A stretch of 64,000 nucleotides of DNA from Cladosporium halotolerans (Eukaryota). Shown one piece after another: positions 60,543 through 64,000 of the stretch (positions are counted from its first letter, which is position 1; the number at the start of each line of letters is the position of its first letter). The stretch lies in assembly GCF_011745625.1 (NCBI RefSeq), contig NW_027191486.1, forward strand, positions 62,001 to 126,000. The letters are read 5' to 3'. A program made the position numbers and the translations under genes. A model generated the notes under the pieces. It was not told the origin of the DNA and did no database searches. It was given only the letters and a program-made list of their open reading frames with translations.

Positions 60543-62768
60543 ATGCTCCACGAGGTCCTCCTCGCGCTTTCGGGCCACCCCTCGCCTCTGTTCGACAAAG
60601 ACGCCGCCGCTGCTGACCTTTCTCACGATGGCGTCCCTCTACTTTCTCCTTCCGAGAAAGACCTGCTGGAATCTATCGGCCGACTCTCGCAGCTGCACCG
60701 TCGCCTGAGGACTCGACTGGACGAGATCGCGGCCTCCCACCATTCCACAATTTGTCGTGCAGCTGCCAACTCGGTCCGGCATACGCATCTGGCTCGCTTT
60801 CAGACGAAGATCCTCGACGTCGAGAGCAGGATCTTAAGCAAAGATGCTAGCATCGTTGGTGCCTACGACATTGTTCCGCTTGCGTCGGTCGTGGGCGAGT
60901 TCGATGAGTGGCATAGATTGATGAATTGGTACTGGAGCTTGACTTGCTATATGGATCCGCAGCGAAATGCTAGCCCGAGTGAGGAATGCTCAGGAGCCGG
61001 ATTAATTGACAAGCTGCGAGCCGAATCTCAGACTGGATTTCCGGATATTGAAGCATCTGCCACCGAATTGATCACTATCGCAGAGACGGCTTGGCTTCGT
61101 CAAGTATCATCATGGGTACTGTATGGCAAGCTACCGGCGCATGGTGCCGACGACTTCTTCGTCAAGGCCGAACGCAGCACAGAAGGCCAGCCGGACGACT
61201 TCACAAAAGACAGCACGCTCTTACCCAAAATTGTTTCACCAGCAACCGCCTCTTCAATACTCTTCATCGGAAAGTCAATACATCAAGTCAGACATTACGA
61301 GCAGCATGCACAACTGCAAATGAAGGCGCAGCCTAGGAAGGCACAGCATAGTCAGCTTGCAAACGTCCATTTGAAACACCTCTCTCTACTATCATTTCCT
61401 ATCGTCCCTGCACAGTTGGCGCGAGCGATATCTGCGATACGACTGTCGCTTTCTCAGAACGTACTACAACACCTCCTGCCGCTTGAGGACATAGTTGTTC
61501 TGCTTACTTGCTTGCGGAGGTACTTTCTGCTGGAAGATGGAGAGTTCACTTTAGCTCTTGTGCAAGAAGCAGAAGCTCGTCTCAATGCTCGCTACCAGAA
61601 CATGGGACGACTTCTTCAACAAGATCCCATCAAAGCTTTACAAGGGCTGTCAATCAAGGACGCTGAGCTCAACCAAGCACTCAGTCAGACTTGGAAGGCA
61701 CTAGCCATGCGGGACGACAGCGAAGAGAATCCTGCTTTCGAGTTCGCAAGAACCCACGTTTCGCTGTCTGCGCCGCGCAAGAATCAGACAAGGCCCTCTT
61801 CATCCGACTCCATTACGGCAGCGACTCCGAAAATGACTAGAATCGCTTTCAACGACATGCTGTTCCCGAGCGCCGCGTATTTGACTATGGACGCCAACGC
61901 GCCACTGGAACTTTTCATATCGCCTCGAGAAGTAGAAACGTACTCTGCGATTAATGCCTACCTTATATCTGTCAGACGCGCTCATCTTCGCCTTGCCGAC
62001 CTGTGGAAGCGGACTCCTGCTCGGAGAGAGCACCCGGCACCACCAGGGCCGCAATACAACGCCACAGAAGCAGGACGTGCCGCACAGGCTCCGGCGCGCG
62101 TACGGGCGAGAAAGAGAGCAGTGGCAGCAAGGAAGATTTGGGCAACCTGCAGCGCGGCCATGTGTCTCCTTTCGGAAACATCAGCCTATCTTGAAGGAGA
62201 GATCATCAAATGCTGCTGGGATCAGTTCGATGCTTGGCTCCACGAACCCAACCCATCTGCCGAAGATTCATTCACCGCGTCAGCAGACACCAACACGCCA
62301 GAAAAGCCCACGCACCGCGACCCCGAAACCCTCGCAGCCGGCCACCGCGCCTTCCTCGCCGCGCTCACCTACGCCCTCTTCCTAACCGACGTCCCCTACA
62401 CCAAAGAGCTCCGCTCGCTCCTCGGCAACGTAGACCAGCTCATCGCGCTCTTCGTCCGCCTTCTCGAAATCCAAGCCAAAATCGACCTCGAGCAAGAAGC
62501 CGGGCTGGCGACGGACCACGTGGAGGACGACGAGCGCAAGATCGCGCTAGAGATCGACCGCGCGCGGAAGAGGGTCGATAGCGACCTTAGGTCGGTGATC
62601 GGTAGGCTGAGGCAGTTGGATCAGGAGCGCATTGGGGCCGCGAGGTATCTGGATTTGGCGGGTGTGGAGACGGGTGGGTTTGAGCCGTGGAAGGGTGGGG
62701 GTGTGGATCGGTTGTTGATGAAGTTGGAGTTTGGGAAGGTGAGGGAGGATGGGTATGATATTATTTGA
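60543..62768 (+). CDS. GCP4: Gamma-tubulin complex component, Spc97/Spc98 family (GCP4-like)
   Basis: It has the N-terminal MLHEVLLALSGHPSPLF, RQVSSWVLYGKLP, ASSILFIGK, LRRYFLL.DGEF and the C-terminal VDRLLMKLEF. Confidence 0.88.
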   Translation: MLHEVLLALSGHPSPLFDKDAAAADLSHDGVPLLSPSEKDLLESIGRLSQLHRRLRTRLDEIAASHHSTICRAAANSVRHTHLARFQTKILDVESRILSKDASIVGAYDIVPLASVVGEFDEWHRLMNWYWSLTCYMDPQRNASPSEECSGAGLIDKLRAESQTGFPDIEASATELITIAETAWLRQVSSWVLYGKLPAHGADDFFVKAERSTEGQPDDFTKDSTLLPKIVSPATASSILFIGKSIHQVRHYEQHAQLQMKAQPRKAQHSQLANVHLKHLSLLSFPIVPAQLARAISAIRLSLSQNVLQHLLPLEDIVVLLTCLRRYFLLEDGEFTLALVQEAEARLNARYQNMGRLLQQDPIKALQGLSIKDAELNQALSQTWKALAMRDDSEENPAFEFARTHVSLSAPRKNQTRPSSSDSITAATPKMTRIAFNDMLFPSAAYLTMDANAPLELFISPREVETYSAINAYLISVRRAHLRLADLWKRTPARREHPAPPGPQYNATEAGRAAQAPARVRARKRAVAARKIWATCSAAMCLLSETSAYLEGEIIKCCWDQFDAWLHEPNPSAEDSFTASADTNTPEKPTHRDPETLAAGHRAFLAALTYALFLTDVPYTKELRSLLGNVDQLIALFVRLLEIQAKIDLEQEAGLATDHVEDDERKIALEIDRARKRVDSDLRSVIGRLRQLDQERIGAARYLDLAGVETGGFEPWKGGGVDRLLMKLEFGKVREDGYDII

Positions 62769-63107
62769 GTTGGTAGACATCAAAAATGCTCAAGATACAC
62801 AATAATCGATGTGTTGTGATCTTATCTTCGGGAGCGGTAGTACTTTCATATCTGTTGCCTGTTTGGCGTAACGCCGTGCCAAGACAGCTCGACTTCAACC
62901 TCACAGGAGCTCTCTGGCCTGCTCAACTCCAGATCTGTGATATGAGTAAATTCTTCTCGACTCAATATCGTTTCCCAGTCATCATTTTGCTGATGAAAGA
63001 GGATGTTTCACAAATCTTCATAATGCGATAGAAGCTTCGACGCCTCCCACACAACGTTTTTGAACCCATTCACAGGGCTCTGAACCGCGGAAAGATAGCT
63101 CAAAGCC

Positions 63108-64000
63108 ATGGATGCGCCAGCATCTCACCAAATACAAAGCTCTACTCTTCCACCAGCTCAGCCATCATACATTCTCCGAGGCCACACGGCTCAAATCCAC
63201 TGTGTCCACTTCCTCCGGAAAAATTTGCGGTTACTGACCGGCGACGCCGATGGTTGGGTCGTTCTGTGGAATCTTGCGACTAAGCGTCCGGTCGCTGTCT
63301 GGAAGCCCCATGCTGGATCTGTGCTTGGGGTAGGGAGTTGGGGTGACGAGGACGAAAATGTGATAACGTAGGTTCTGGTCTAGATTGCAAAGGCTGACCC
63401 CAGATGCTGACCGTCCGACAGACACGGCCGAGACAACAAACTCCTCGTCTGGCAACTACGCGAGCAAGACGAGGTAACCTTCTCGAAAACCCTCCCAATC
63501 GACGACGCAACCTCAGAAAGAAAACAACCCTGGCTCCTCCACAGCCTAGACGTCAACGCCCTGAACTTCTGCTCCTTCGCCATGTCCCACATCCCTCCAC
63601 CCACCACAAACGACCCCCCACCAACGCCCGACAAAATTCTCCTCGCCGTCCCCGGCCTCCAAGACGGCATGATCAACCTCACCGCCCTCCCCTCCAACAC
63701 CCGCTACGCCACCATCCCCCCTCCCAAATCCACCAACACCGGCATGCTCATGGCCCTCAGCCTGCACCAACCCCCTTCCTCAGCCCACCCCTTAATAGCC
63801 GCAGGCTACGAAAGCGGCCACGTCGCCCTCTGGCGCCACAACCCCACCACCTCCCTCCAAACCTGGCAAACCACCTACCTCTCGCAACCGCACTCGCAGC
63901 CCGTCCTCTCCATCGCCATCGCGCCGCACACGGCGTGCTTCTTCTCCAGCTCCGCGGACGCCGTCGTCGCGCGCCACCCGCTGCCCGAGAGCTCCACGGA
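63108..64000 (+). CDS. ASA1: WD40 protein, ASTRA-associated Asa1/GNB1L-like (3'-partial); intron 63368..63421
   Basis: It contains [66 protein letters not shown] and AGYESGH. Confidence 0.88.

Noticed and set aside
26749..64000. Functional telomere or nuclear cluster (Tbf1-like, ASA1, GCP4, cdm1)
   Set aside because: The genes are far apart and interleaved with unrelated housekeeping genes, with no sign of co-regulation.
1..64000. Transposon, Starship or secondary-metabolite cluster
   Set aside because: I found no transposase, reverse transcriptase, tyrosine recombinase, PKS/NRPS, LTR or TIR pair.

Overview
This is eukaryotic, gene-dense DNA from a filamentous ascomycete. Short GT-AG introns with CTRAC/CTAAC branch points, an intron-containing tRNA and a dispersed 5S gene support this; Dothideomycetes is a guess from protein style only. 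The window holds about 24 mostly housekeeping protein genes: a GBF/Gea ARF-GEF (partial), a Zn2Cys6 transcription factor, MRP20, an F-box protein, GUA1, BCP1, RIP1, POA1-like, PAT1, KRE2/MNT1, a Tbf1-like Myb protein, RPL26, an AT-hook/C2H2 protein, OST4, TMA46, Pol delta subunit 4, NMD3, TilS-like, a GNAT, SYF1, VMA8, a small hydrophilic protein, GCP4 and ASA1 (partial). It also contains one tRNA-Lys(CTT) and one 5S rRNA. I see no transposase, integrase, CRISPR or Cas gene. The unexplained structure is: (1) an F-box/Zn gene bracketed by two degenerate tandem arrays, a ~50-bp array with a 133-bp higher-order repeat that appears to run into the gene's C-terminus and a ~22-bp array upstream; (2) recurrent C-rich to G-rich strand-skew switches that ignore gene orientation; (3) a 106-bp tandem duplication with transition-only, RIP-like divergence beside the tRNA; (4) Tbf1-type sites in the promoter of the Tbf1-like gene; (5) a ~9.7-kb stretch without protein genes that contains a repeated 11-mer and promoter-like signals; (6) a 274-codon orphan ORF. 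All gene models and family calls are by eye; no database searches were run.
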